Below are positions 18,601 through 27,154 of a stretch of 64,000 bases of DNA, in pieces (within the stretch, counting starts at the first letter, position 1; each line of letters starts with the position of its first letter). A program made the translations under genes and the position numbers. This DNA comes from a virus (taxonomy: Duplodnaviria > Caudoviricetes), in IMG/VR virus record IMGVR_UViG_3300042361_000498. The stretch is one strand, 5' to 3'. The notes under the pieces are model-generated. The model was not told where the DNA came from, did no database searches, and saw only the letters and a program-made list of their open reading frames with translations.

Positions 18601-18952
18601 CTTCGTTTAAGGTAGTAGATGATTCCACTAAATTAAAGTTAGCTCTATGTGTCTGTCCTAACAATAATGTAATATCATTTTGTGTTTCGTTTTTGTATCC
18701 CACAAATGATACTGTAACTACATAAGGTCCTCCAATTTTTAAGTTTGGTAGGTTATATCTTCCATCAGCACGAGTGGTTGTACCATACTTCGTACCGGTT
18801 GGTTGATGGATAGCCTGTACAGTTGCACCTGCGATAGCTTCCTTACCTGCCAAAACATTACCTTGAATTTCTGATGTAGTTTCTTGTGCAAATGCTCCAA
18901 ATGATGATACGAATACCAACAAAAGTAACATTAGATTTTTTAACTTTCTCAT
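15692..18952 (-). CDS. TonB-dependent receptor, Oar-like, with N-terminal carboxypeptidase-regulatory-like domain
   Basis: Signal peptide; GTKYGTTTRADGRY; plug NVTLDGANFNNSFG...ISLDAIEQIQV...NTVTRSG; C-terminal QLGVRYLF. Confidence 0.92.
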   Translation of the reverse strand: MRKLKNLMLLLLVFVSSFGAFAQETTSEIQGNVLAGKEAIAGATVQAIHQPTGTKYGTTTRADGRYNLPNLKIGGPYVVTVSFVGYKNETQNDITLLLGQTHRANFNLVESSTTLNEVVVVSGQNKVFNSSRNGSQEIINRRLIESVPNVNRSWKDLVKLVPSQNNLSFGGMSSQLNNVTLDGANFNNSFGLGDGTLGGQTGAQPISLDAIEQIQVNVSPFDVKYGGFAGGSVNTVTRSGKNQAFGSVYQFFKNKDLQGYKVGDITLPQQPFTYDLKGFTAGGAIVKDKLFFFLNGEQEERMEPGTQWVASDANNTPNGTNVSQAKTSDLDALRKFLIDTYKYDPGAYQGYQYGSKSQRLTAKIDWNINAKNSFSLKYTMLRSSADIPASNSGSINSSNGRRPGNTAMPFFGSGYIINNDADILIGELNTRFSNSANNKLQIGYTQLRDYRAPLSVGNFPQVDILDGNGLPYTTFGYERFTYGNVLNTDVIQLNNIFNLYKGKHEFTFGTQNSFKTYSNGFSPSFAGAYRFNSLADFYASAAGTKPAAFYDLSYSLSGGFPLVGPKNMELSLFAQDKFRVKDNLTLTYGIRADYVSFADNFLFNPVVAGLDKFYNGTKLNTGLAPSASLQISPRVGFNWDVNDDQTLQIRGGTGLFQGPPPFVWISNQASNSGMALFGSITNGTGYVFSPDIDKYRPTPTPGLSKSYSLNVTDPNYKFPQVWKSTLAVDKKVLGWTVTAEGTYIQNINATVFQNVALPSSGNTTLSDGRTRFVKRSVYDAVGAAQTAENPNIGNAIYMTNANIGHTLFGTLQIQRQFNNLGVNASYTRQTAVDATINGSTAFTMWGARPTGTDPNNFEAGFSNNYLPHRIIASVNYGKEFIKNTRTSIGLLYEASPNSAQTSLSYTYGGDLNNDGFNGNDLIFVPKDASQIKLTNASAVSGVADTRTQAELWSQLDAFISNNPYLSTRRGMMAERQALVLPWVHRLDLNLTQDVYIKVGAIKHTLRFTADVYNFTNFISSKLGVQQLPTTITPLNFVKLDTDGKTPIFAFPYLDGRNKVPFTDSFRDNVGFGSRYQIQLGVRYLFN

Positions 18953-18989
18953 ACTTTTTTTGTTTTTGTTTTGTTTGTTTAATTAAAAT

Positions 18990-19017
18990 AAAAAAGGTGT
19001 AGGGACATCCCACACCT
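18990..19017 (-). terminator. Terminator hairpin inside the TBDR leader
   Basis: Minus strand AGGTGTGGGA-TG-TCCCTACACCT then TTTTT. Confidence 0.7.
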
Positions 19018-19019
19018 GC

Positions 19020-19097
19020 TTATAGATAGAATAATTGTACGTTAAACGGCTCGTTTGTAAATGTAACTTTTTTTAGATTTATTTGTTTGTCTAACAT
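19020..19097 (-). CDS. Candidate leader peptide/uORF (MLDKQINLKKVTFTNEPFNVQLFYL)
   Basis: 25-aa ORF between the promoter and the leader terminator; read manually. Confidence 0.45.
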   Translation of the reverse strand: MLDKQINLKKVTFTNEPFNVQLFYL

Positions 19098-19148
19098 AGG
19101 CAATTTTTTCTATCCTTTTATAACTATTTGATAGATATAAAATTTTAA

Positions 19149-19180
19149 CAAAGATACGAAGAAAAAATGGGAAATCCTAA
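19149..19180 (-). promoter_or_regulatory. Bacteroidota sigma-A promoter for the TBDR operon
   Basis: Minus strand TTAG, N20, TATCTTTG. Confidence 0.75.
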
Positions 19181-19256
19181 TTTTTTATTTAGTATTTTAT
19201 CAATACGATTGGTATGCTTAATATTAAAAAATAATTAAAAAATATTTACTAAAAAG

Positions 19257-19288
19257 CTTGGAAATGTGGAATATTTTTATTACCTTTA
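19257..19288 (+). promoter_or_regulatory. Early-type promoter
   Basis: CTTG 19257-19260, N20, TACCTTTA 19281-19288. Confidence 0.8.
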
Positions 19289-19314
19289 CTATGTAATAAA
19301 TGATAAGATAAGAT

Positions 19315-19635
19315 ATGAAAAATTACAATAACCCCATCGTTGAAAAGTTTATTGAAAAAGTGAATGCTGAAATCGAAGAGTATTATTCAACTCACTTATC
19401 AAACCTAACACCCAAACCAATGGAGATGCGTGTTGGTACTAAGTTTATCAAATTAATTAGTAACGGAAGTGTGTGGGGATTTATCTCCCGATATGATGGT
19501 GAATACAAAGGTGTTCCAATTAAGAAAGGTGATTTAATGAAAGCCGCTTCTCGTGATTCTCCTGCCAAACATAGTAGAGGTAACATCGTTGATGGAACTG
19601 CTCGTTATGGTGTGTATGGAGTTCAATACCTATAA
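19315..19635 (+). CDS. Conserved phage hypothetical protein
   Basis: KFIKLI...SVWGFI...KGDLMKAAS...PAKH.RGNI motif, recalled from T4-like phages. Confidence 0.7.
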   Translation: MKNYNNPIVEKFIEKVNAEIEEYYSTHLSNLTPKPMEMRVGTKFIKLISNGSVWGFISRYDGEYKGVPIKKGDLMKAASRDSPAKHSRGNIVDGTARYGVYGVQYL

Positions 19636-19645
19636 AAATTAAAGA

Positions 19646-21022
19646 GTGCAGTTAAGACCTAATCAAATAGAACCTGTTAAAAAGGGAGTGGAATTCTTTA
19701 AGCAAAAGAAAGCCGTTCCCTCAATTATTGTTGCCCCAACGGCATTCGGTAAATCAATTGTTATCGCTCAGATAGCAAAAGAAGTTGGAGAGAAGTTATT
19801 AGTTATCCAACCATCCAAAGAACTCTTAGAGCAGAACTATAATAAGTTTATAGGGTTGGGTGGGGAAGCATCTATCTATTCGGCTGCAATGGGGGAGAAA
19901 GAGATTGGACACGTTACCTATGCAACCATTGGTTCGATTGTAAACATCGCATACAAGTTTAAGGATATGGGTATCACCAAAGTCATTATCGATGAGTGTG
20001 ATAGATTTCCAAGAGACCCTAAAGGAATGATGCGAAGATTTTTAGATGCTGCAAAAACAACTCACGTATTAGGATTAACCGCAACTCCATTAAAGTTACA
20101 AACCAATATGGGGGATGATGGAAGACCTTTTTCTAAATTGGTAATGTTGACATCCCGTTCTAAAAAGGGTATATTCTTTAAGGAGGTACTTCATGTGGCT
20201 CAAATTAAAGAGATGGTTGATTTACAATTTTGGTCTCCTCTAAAATATGAATCATATGATTTTAATACTGGGGATTTGGTTTACAATTCAACCAACGCAG
20301 AGTTCACCGATGAATCAATTCAGAAAGCTTACAAAAACCAAGATATTGGTGGTAAGATTATGAAGAAGATTTCGGATATGCCTGATAGAAAATCTATATT
20401 AGTTGCCGTACCCTCAATTGATGATGCTAAATTGTTATCAACACAATTACCATCTTGCGAAGCAGTATATAGCGGAATGCCTGATAAGGATAGAGATAGG
20501 ATTATTGATGATTTCAAAAACCTACGATTACGAATTGTAGTTCAAGTTACTATTCTTTCGGTAGGATTTGACCATCCTCAATTAGATTGTATCATTACAG
20601 GTAGACCTACTGCATCTTTAAGTTGGTGGTATCAGTTTGTGGGTAGGGTAACTCGTATCCACTCCGAAAAGCCAAATGGATTGGTTATAGATTTTGTAGG
20701 TAGTGTTCCGAAATTTGGAAAGGTTGAGGATTTATACTTTAAGAAAGAAGGTGTGATGTGGAAACTCTATGGGGAAGGTCAAAAGTTGTTGACTGGTATT
20801 CCGTTGCATGAAGTTGGATTACATATAGAAGGACAGAAATCTCCGCACGAATTAGCAGAAGAAAGTCCTGATGTGATTATGACATTTGGAAAATACAAAG
20901 ATACACCAATCAGAAAAATACCTATATGGTATAGAAAGTGGATGTTGGAGAACATTACTTGGAATCAATTTAATCAAGCTATCAAAGCTGAATTACTCCG
21001 ATTAAAAAATATTGGAATTTAA
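19646..21022 (+). CDS. Superfamily 2 (DEAD/DEAH-like) helicase with C-terminal DUF3820-like domain
   Basis: APTAFGKS, IIDEC, LTATP, GFDHP, QFVGRVTR; C-terminal MTFGKYK...IP..Y..W. Confidence 0.9.
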   Translation: MQLRPNQIEPVKKGVEFFKQKKAVPSIIVAPTAFGKSIVIAQIAKEVGEKLLVIQPSKELLEQNYNKFIGLGGEASIYSAAMGEKEIGHVTYATIGSIVNIAYKFKDMGITKVIIDECDRFPRDPKGMMRRFLDAAKTTHVLGLTATPLKLQTNMGDDGRPFSKLVMLTSRSKKGIFFKEVLHVAQIKEMVDLQFWSPLKYESYDFNTGDLVYNSTNAEFTDESIQKAYKNQDIGGKIMKKISDMPDRKSILVAVPSIDDAKLLSTQLPSCEAVYSGMPDKDRDRIIDDFKNLRLRIVVQVTILSVGFDHPQLDCIITGRPTASLSWWYQFVGRVTRIHSEKPNGLVIDFVGSVPKFGKVEDLYFKKEGVMWKLYGEGQKLLTGIPLHEVGLHIEGQKSPHELAEESPDVIMTFGKYKDTPIRKIPIWYRKWMLENITWNQFNQAIKAELLRLKNIGI

Positions 21023-21044
21023 TATATTTTATATTTATAGGGGT

Positions 21045-21464
21045 ATGATATCTCTTGAAAAAATATTAAAAGAATTAAACAATGTAACAGACACCTCATC
21101 TGGTGCTGTAAAAATTGGCTCAAATAATCCATCTTCACTTGCAAGAGTATTAGGACCTCAATTTTTGAAAATTGTAATTTCCGATGAAAATGGTGGGGGT
21201 TTTTCTGATTCTAAAAAAAGAAACGAATTATTTTCTTTAATAAAAAGTGAATTAATTACACCAAACTCAATTTTTAAATTCAATAGTTCGGAAATACAAA
21301 AGATAATGGATGAATTAAAATACTATCCAGCTACAAATAAAATTGTTGGAAACCTTCCTAAATTTATGTTTAAAACTGGAAACATCCCTTCAATGAAGAG
21401 TATTAAAATTTCAAAAGAGATTTATAACATAAGTCCTACTATTGAAATAAAACAAAAGAAATAA
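21045..21464 (+). CDS. Hypothetical protein (late)
   Basis: ATG 21045 after ATATTTATA at 21031. Confidence 0.65.
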   Translation: MISLEKILKELNNVTDTSSGAVKIGSNNPSSLARVLGPQFLKIVISDENGGGFSDSKKRNELFSLIKSELITPNSIFKFNSSEIQKIMDELKYYPATNKIVGNLPKFMFKTGNIPSMKSIKISKEIYNISPTIEIKQKK

Positions 21465-21468
21465 TAAT

Positions 21469-21705
21469 ATGGGAAAATATTTCGTACACAAGCAACTAAT
21501 ACCTATTGATTCAAATATGGGTGACCCGAATTGGGCAAAAAGACAGATATGGGTTTTACGCCTAAATCCAAATGATACCATTGATGAGTTTGATACTATC
21601 GATGAGGCACAAGTTAAAGTTGGATTATTAATGAATGAAGACCCTTCTGGTAGAATCTACAAAGTTGTAGAACAATCTGAAGATGGTACATTCTCTGATA
21701 TTTAA
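21469..21705 (+). CDS. Hypothetical protein
   Basis: ORF track. Confidence 0.65.
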   Translation: MGKYFVHKQLIPIDSNMGDPNWAKRQIWVLRLNPNDTIDEFDTIDEAQVKVGLLMNEDPSGRIYKVVEQSEDGTFSDI

Positions 21706-21943
21706 AAAAATAATAAACATACATGCGGTAACACTTCCCTGGTTTGCACTGTGTCACGTGTCTGCTTGCGAAAAGTTGTCAAAAGATTGAAATTAAAAAT
21801 TTTGCCTGAACCAATAATCTTCCAACTTTCTTAGGTGATTAAAGTGTAGTATCCGAACGATACATTTATATATATGACCATCTTTTACCAAACGAAAGAA
21901 AAAAATCAAAAAATATTAAAAAAATAAAATATAGTTTGTTTTG

Positions 21944-21975
21944 TTTGGATTTATCAATTTTTATTCTTATCTTTG
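21944..21975 (+). promoter_or_regulatory. Canonical sigma-A promoter
   Basis: TTTG, N20, TATCTTTG. Confidence 0.8.
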
Positions 21976-21997
21976 TAAATTAACTAAAACAAAATAT

Positions 21998-22357
21998 ATG
22001 TTACACTCGAATTTTGAAGACCCTTCAATTGTTGAATTAGCCGAAAAGGATTACCCTGAAACTACGGCAGAGTACAAACGAATTATGTATGAACAATACG
22101 AATTGTTCTGCCGTAAACAATCAAACTATGGACCGGGAAACATTTCGGTGGGAACTGAATGTAGAAGTGATGCTGATGTGAAGTTATCATTAACTGGCTT
22201 ATGGTTTAGAATCAATGATAAGATTAATCGTTTAAAACAAATGATTATTATCGGAGCGCAAGATAATGTTGGAGAATCTCTAACGGATACATATCAAGAC
22301 CTTTCAGTATATGGTATCATCGCTCAAATTGTACAAAACAAAAAGTGGGGTAAGTAA
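21998..22357 (+). CDS. DUF1599 / nucleotide-modification-associated domain 1-like protein
   Basis: KQSNYG, RINDKINRL, ES..DTYQDLSVY. Confidence 0.75.
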   Translation: MLHSNFEDPSIVELAEKDYPETTAEYKRIMYEQYELFCRKQSNYGPGNISVGTECRSDADVKLSLTGLWFRINDKINRLKQMIIIGAQDNVGESLTDTYQDLSVYGIIAQIVQNKKWGK

Positions 22358-22797
22358 TGGAGTGGGGTGAATACTTTATTAATATAGCCGAACAGGTTAA
22401 ATTAAAATCAAAAGATAACAACACCAAAATAGGAGTGGTTATAGTTGGTAAAGATAATGAGATTGTTTCTACCGGCTATAACTCATTTCCAAGAGGTATT
22501 GATGATAGTGTTGAAGAACGACAAGAAAAACCTGAAAAGTATTTTTGGTTTGAACATGCCGAACGAAACGCAATCTACAACGCAGCAAGAATAGGAGTAT
22601 CAACTTTAGGAACTACAATGTATATGACTTGTGGTATTAGTTGTGCGGATTGTGCTAGAGCTATTATCAATGCAGGAATTTCAAAGATTGTACTCCGTAG
22701 TGGGAAAGGTGCAATGAGTCCAAAGTGGGTAGAATCAGCCCAACGTTCAAATCAAATGTTTAAGGAAGCTGGAATCCAAATCGAATATTATGATTAA
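22357..22797 (+). CDS. dCMP deaminase
   Basis: STGYN, HAERNAI, SCADCARAII (HAE...CxxC). Confidence 0.9.
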   Translation: MEWGEYFINIAEQVKLKSKDNNTKIGVVIVGKDNEIVSTGYNSFPRGIDDSVEERQEKPEKYFWFEHAERNAIYNAARIGVSTLGTTMYMTCGISCADCARAIINAGISKIVLRSGKGAMSPKWVESAQRSNQMFKEAGIQIEYYD

Positions 22798-22812
22798 TCC
22801 ATATTTATTTAT

Positions 22813-23727
22813 ATGGAATATATTACATTAAATAAGTTAGTAAACAAATACCCAACAATTGGAAACTACGTTGCCAATGTGGTAGGTAGTATAAAATTGA
22901 ATGGAATATATGCTGTAAAAAATTTTATTGATTTTAAAATATCTCCAGTCAATAATATAAAATTAGATAATATACAAACAATTGATAATACAAAATTTCA
23001 ATTTGTATTGGGTGTAAAGAACAAATCATCAGAAACAACACCATTCAAATATTTCACATCTCCTGATTTTTTTAAAAAACTACAAGAATCAATAAATGAA
23101 CCAAATCCATATTTTATTTTACAAGCTTTAAAAAAAGAATTTATAGTTGAATATTCATTAGAAGATGATATAAATACATTAAAGGATTTATCAAAATTAG
23201 AAGCTGAAGATATGGTTACTGTTAAAAATCATATTTGGTTTTTGGAAAATGGTAATGTGGATTACAAAAAATTAGTTCAATATATAGATTGGATAGTATC
23301 TACTCCAAACCCATTAGATACTGCTAATTTAGGTGTAATACCGGTTTCCGATATATTAACTAAAGCTGATTATGAAATTGAGAAATTAAAATTACCTGAA
23401 TTACCAAAATCAGAATCTGGTGGTAGTGCTGGTAGAGGCGGTGGTAGTTCATCTGATATTAACTACGATGAACCATTTGGTGGTTCAAGTGGTGGTTCAA
23501 GTGGTGGTTCAAGTGGTGGTTCAAGTGGTGGTAGTGCTGGTGGTGGTGGAACGGCACCACCAGATACAACTGGCGGCCAAGGTGATGGTGGCGGTGGTGG
23601 GAGAACCAACCGTATGGAAGAAGATATCAATGATGTAATTAATGGTAATGGTCGTGGTGGACGAGGTGGTAGAAGTGGAACTGAAGATGTTGTATATGAT
23701 ACTGGTGGTGGAAGCAGTTTACGATAA
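22813..23727 (+). CDS. Hypothetical protein with a Gly/Ser-rich C-terminal tail
   Basis: ORF track. Confidence 0.7.
   Translation: MEYITLNKLVNKYPTIGNYVANVVGSIKLNGIYAVKNFIDFKISPVNNIKLDNIQTIDNTKFQFVLGVKNKSSETTPFKYFTSPDFFKKLQESINEPNPYFILQALKKEFIVEYSLEDDINTLKDLSKLEAEDMVTVKNHIWFLENGNVDYKKLVQYIDWIVSTPNPLDTANLGVIPVSDILTKADYEIEKLKLPELPKSESGGSAGRGGGSSSDINYDEPFGGSSGGSSGGSSGGSSGGSAGGGGTAPPDTTGGQGDGGGGGRTNRMEEDINDVINGNGRGGRGGRSGTEDVVYDTGGGSSLR
23479..23526 (+). repeat. In-frame tandem repeat GGTGGTTCAAGT x4 (GGSS)
   Basis: Read directly. Confidence 0.9.
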
Positions 23728-23830
23728 TTAAGGTGGTAGATTTTGGTAACAAATTTATTAAATACATAAAACAAATAAAGTTATTTTCTTTAGTTTAAGA
23801 TACTTATTAGTAATAAACTAAGTTTTGCCT

Positions 23831-24196
23831 ATGGCATATTCTAAGGTACATTGGAAAAAGTATTTAGATAGTTCACATCCTACTATCAATCAATACCTTA
23901 GTGTATTTGGTGATAACTTCATCAAACAAACTCACCACCGAATCAAACAAGCTCATAAAAGAAAATTGCCTGAAATCGTTCTCATTCGATTTAAGGATTC
24001 CGATATTGTTTCCATCGTAAAAAGTAAACATTATATTTCAGTATTGGAAAATCTTCTAAATTTATGCATTAAGTTAGAGAAGTATGAGTTGTGTGGAGAT
24101 ATACATCAAACATTAGATTTATTAAAAAGTAAAAATAAGATTAGAATCGCACTAGGTGTGGTTGGTAAAACTAATCCGGTTACGTTAGTGAACTAA
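23831..24196 (+). CDS. Hypothetical protein
   Basis: ORF track; ATG 23831. Confidence 0.65.
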   Translation: MAYSKVHWKKYLDSSHPTINQYLSVFGDNFIKQTHHRIKQAHKRKLPEIVLIRFKDSDIVSIVKSKHYISVLENLLNLCIKLEKYELCGDIHQTLDLLKSKNKIRIALGVVGKTNPVTLVN

Positions 24197-24208
24197 ATAG
24201 TAATCAAT

Positions 24209-25048
24209 ATGGGAAAGAGACAACCAAAAACTCTGGATGAAGTGAGAGAGGCAATAAATGTTTTGCCAAAAGTAGTAAAGAAGATTAAATTTAAAACGAA
24301 AAATCAAAAGAGGTTTTTTAAAGCAATTGAGAATGATGGAAATAATATTGTAATGGCTCATGCATTAGCAGGAGCAGGTAAGACCTACGTTGCAATACAA
24401 AAAGGATTGGAGTTGTTATTCCACAAATCATCACCAATTGAAAAACTTATTATTATGAACCCAACGGTTGATGTGGGTGGTGAGGATAAGTTGGGTTTCT
24501 TACCCGGCGATTTGATGGAGAAGATTGAAGTACACAACGAATCTGCTCTATACATTTTAGATAAGATAATAGGATTAGCAGAAACTCGTAGATTGATTGC
24601 GCAAGGAAAGATTGAGTTTAAAGTACTTAACTTTTTGAGAGGAAACAATATGGAAAAATCCTATGTTATATTGGATGAAGCACAAAACGCATCACCTCTA
24701 CAACTAAAAACATTGGTAACTCGTATTACGGATGATTCAAAACTTATCATTCAGGGTGACCTTTCACAATGTGATAAGTATAGAAACAATGGAACACCTG
24801 CTTACCAAAAGAGTGGGTTCTACGATGTGTGGAAACGATTGGCAGGATTGAAGGGAGTTTATCAAATAGAATTTACTAAAGATGATTGTATCCGTTCTGG
24901 TATTGTTAAAAGAATATTGGAAAGGTACGAATTGGAAGAGGAAATCTATTTAGGAGAAAACAACTCATATGAAATAGATGTTGATTATAATCCAGCCGTA
25001 GAGATATTGGATATAGAAGAGTATCAGTTTGTTGATGAAATACAATAA
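24209..25048 (+). CDS. phoH: PhoH-like ATPase
   Basis: AGAGKT, LGFLPGDL.EK, FLRG, ILDEAQN, GDLSQCD, RSGIV. Confidence 0.92.
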   Translation: MGKRQPKTLDEVREAINVLPKVVKKIKFKTKNQKRFFKAIENDGNNIVMAHALAGAGKTYVAIQKGLELLFHKSSPIEKLIIMNPTVDVGGEDKLGFLPGDLMEKIEVHNESALYILDKIIGLAETRRLIAQGKIEFKVLNFLRGNNMEKSYVILDEAQNASPLQLKTLVTRITDDSKLIIQGDLSQCDKYRNNGTPAYQKSGFYDVWKRLAGLKGVYQIEFTKDDCIRSGIVKRILERYELEEEIYLGENNSYEIDVDYNPAVEILDIEEYQFVDEIQ

Positions 25049-25096
25049 ATTTTGTCAGTAAAATTTTAATAAAAGTAAAAAATAAAGGGGTAAAAA

Positions 25097-25128
25097 TTTG
25101 GTAATTTCAAATAAATTTCGTATATTTG
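25097..25128 (+). promoter_or_regulatory. Canonical sigma-A promoter
   Basis: TTTG, N20, TATATTTG. Confidence 0.8.
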
Positions 25129-25156
25129 AAAGTACTAATGATTTACCCCTTTTATT

Positions 25157-25612
25157 ATGAACAAAAAAGTTATTTGGATTGATATGGATGGTGTGTTGGT
25201 TGATTTCGGTGGACACATCGAAACTGTAATGAGAGAAAATCCCTATCTAAATGAAGAATATACAGGAAGAGAAGATGAGATTCCAAACATATTCAGACAC
25301 GCTCCCCCAATCGAAGGGGCAATTGAAGCAGTAAGAAAATTAGAAGAGAGTGGAAAGTATGAGTTGTACATTGCAACTGCCGCTCCGTGGGGAAACCCCT
25401 CCGCTGCTATGGATAAAAGATTGTGGATTGTAGAACACTTTGGTGAGTTATTCAAAAAGAAAATGGCAATCACTCACTTAAAGAATATGTTGATTGGGGA
25501 TTACCTAATTGATGATAGAACTAAGAATGGTGCAGGTGAGTTTAACGGAACTCATATTCACTTTGGACAAAACGGAACTGATTGGAATGAAGTTTTAAGA
25601 TTGTTATTATGA
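25157..25612 (+). CDS. 5'(3')-deoxyribonucleotidase (HAD, NT5C-like)
   Basis: IDMDGVLVDF, TAAPW, GDYLIDDR. Confidence 0.88.
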   Translation: MNKKVIWIDMDGVLVDFGGHIETVMRENPYLNEEYTGREDEIPNIFRHAPPIEGAIEAVRKLEESGKYELYIATAAPWGNPSAAMDKRLWIVEHFGELFKKKMAITHLKNMLIGDYLIDDRTKNGAGEFNGTHIHFGQNGTDWNEVLRLLL

Positions 25613-26151
25613 AAAAGCTAATTGTATTGGTATCGCTATTTGCCTTTGGTTGTGATGATACTCAAATGGTAGAACCATCTAAAAAATATAAATTAAGTAT
25701 AGATTCAGTATTAACGCAAGATGGAAAACGTTCATTGCCAAAAGATAAAAATGGGTTTTATCACCTAACTCTAATACCTTCACCTAAGCAACAATTATAT
25801 AGAGTAACTGGTAAAGTATTAGTAGATGGATATGAACCAATCGCACCGCAAAAAATAAGTTGGCAATCTAATTTATTTTGGTATATTAAAGCAGGTGATG
25901 TTGTAACATATGTAACTAAAACTTATCTTAATTATTATACAGGTCAATATACAATTGTACAATTACCACCATTAATTTCTCAACAAAATGATATAGTTCC
26001 AACTATTAATACATCATCCTACAGTGGAAAAGCTGGCTCGGTAAATACTATCATCGCACCGGTTGGACAAATGAAAGGAGATACACTTATTATAAAAGCA
26101 TCAAATTACGAAAATAAATTAAACGCAATCACTAAAGTAGTTTTAGAATGA
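25609..26151 (+). CDS. Lipoprotein of unknown function
   Basis: MKKLIVLVSLFAFGC lipobox. Confidence 0.75.
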   Translation: MKKLIVLVSLFAFGCDDTQMVEPSKKYKLSIDSVLTQDGKRSLPKDKNGFYHLTLIPSPKQQLYRVTGKVLVDGYEPIAPQKISWQSNLFWYIKAGDVVTYVTKTYLNYYTGQYTIVQLPPLISQQNDIVPTINTSSYSGKAGSVNTIIAPVGQMKGDTLIIKASNYENKLNAITKVVLE

Positions 26152-26543
26152 GAAGTAAAGAATTTAAATTACCAACTACACCCATAACTGAAAAAACATT
26201 TATTAGGCAGGGGTGGGAAAAGAGTTATATTGGCGATAGATATATTGATGATGAGGGATTTGAAGAAGATATCGAAGAGTTTGAAGATGATAAAGAAGAA
26301 ATAGAAGATGATGATGCATATTATTGGACACTCCCATTACCAAAGAGTAGAAGGGAAGACCCTTATGCGGTTGTACTAACATCAAACGCAACCGATGAGT
26401 TAAGTGTTGTTAGAGAGTTTGGATTGCAAGATGGTTCATTTATTGTTGAGATATTCGATTCAGATGGATTAGGATTATGTACAAACGAAGAAGAGTTGGA
26501 AGTATTATATAGAGCATTAACAGGAGAAGAAATAGAAGATTAA
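26148..26543 (+). CDS. Acidic hypothetical protein
   Basis: ORF track. Confidence 0.65.
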   Translation: MRSKEFKLPTTPITEKTFIRQGWEKSYIGDRYIDDEGFEEDIEEFEDDKEEIEDDDAYYWTLPLPKSRREDPYAVVLTSNATDELSVVREFGLQDGSFIVEIFDSDGLGLCTNEEELEVLYRALTGEEIED

Positions 26544-26545
26544 TT

Positions 26546-27154
26546 ATGAAATTTGAAGAATTTAAAATGAACCCCGAGTGGGAAGATTGGATGAAAAATA
26601 TGTTCCATAGTTTTTATACGGAAATATGGGATGACCACGAATACGATAGATTTGGTATTGAAATTTCCGAAGGAGATGTTGTGGTAGATTTGGGTGCAAG
26701 TATTGGATTGTTTTCGCAATATGCAGTTAGTAAAGGAGCATCCAAAGTATTTGCTTTTGAATGTATGGATGAAAGGTTTGAATTGATTAAAGAAAACATT
26801 TCAAATACGGATAAGATTACACCAATGTACGGATTGATTTCGGATAACGCAGATGGTGATAACTACAATTTGGAAAGAATCTTTAAGGATTGTAATGTAG
26901 ACCATATTGATTTTATGAAGGTAGATGTGGATGGTTATGAGTATCCATTCATATTAAATGCACCTGATGAATTATTTAAGAAAGTAGATAAGTGGGCAAT
27001 GGAAGTTCACATTTGGGGGATGTTTGATAACCGAGCAGATGAGTACATAAAGATGATGCAGATTATAGAGAAGTTTAGTAAGAACGGATATAAGGTAGCT
27101 TGTGAGCACGTTCATAAGAATACAAATCTTTATATGCTATACGCTTCAAAATAA
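26546..27154 (+). CDS. FkbM-family SAM-dependent methyltransferase
   Basis: VVDLGASIGLFS, VFAFE, IDFMKVDVDGYE. Confidence 0.85.
   Translation: MKFEEFKMNPEWEDWMKNMFHSFYTEIWDDHEYDRFGIEISEGDVVVDLGASIGLFSQYAVSKGASKVFAFECMDERFELIKENISNTDKITPMYGLISDNADGDNYNLERIFKDCNVDHIDFMKVDVDGYEYPFILNAPDELFKKVDKWAMEVHIWGMFDNRADEYIKMMQIIEKFSKNGYKVACEHVHKNTNLYMLYASK

Noticed and set aside
21721-21775. c-di-GMP-I riboswitch call
   Set aside because: Only terminal words match; the P2/P3 helices and tetraloop-receptor elements are absent and no gene lies immediately downstream on that strand
23420-23774. Val-rich and Pro-rich ORFs in alternative frames
   Set aside because: Shadows of the GGSS tandem repeat in 22813-23727
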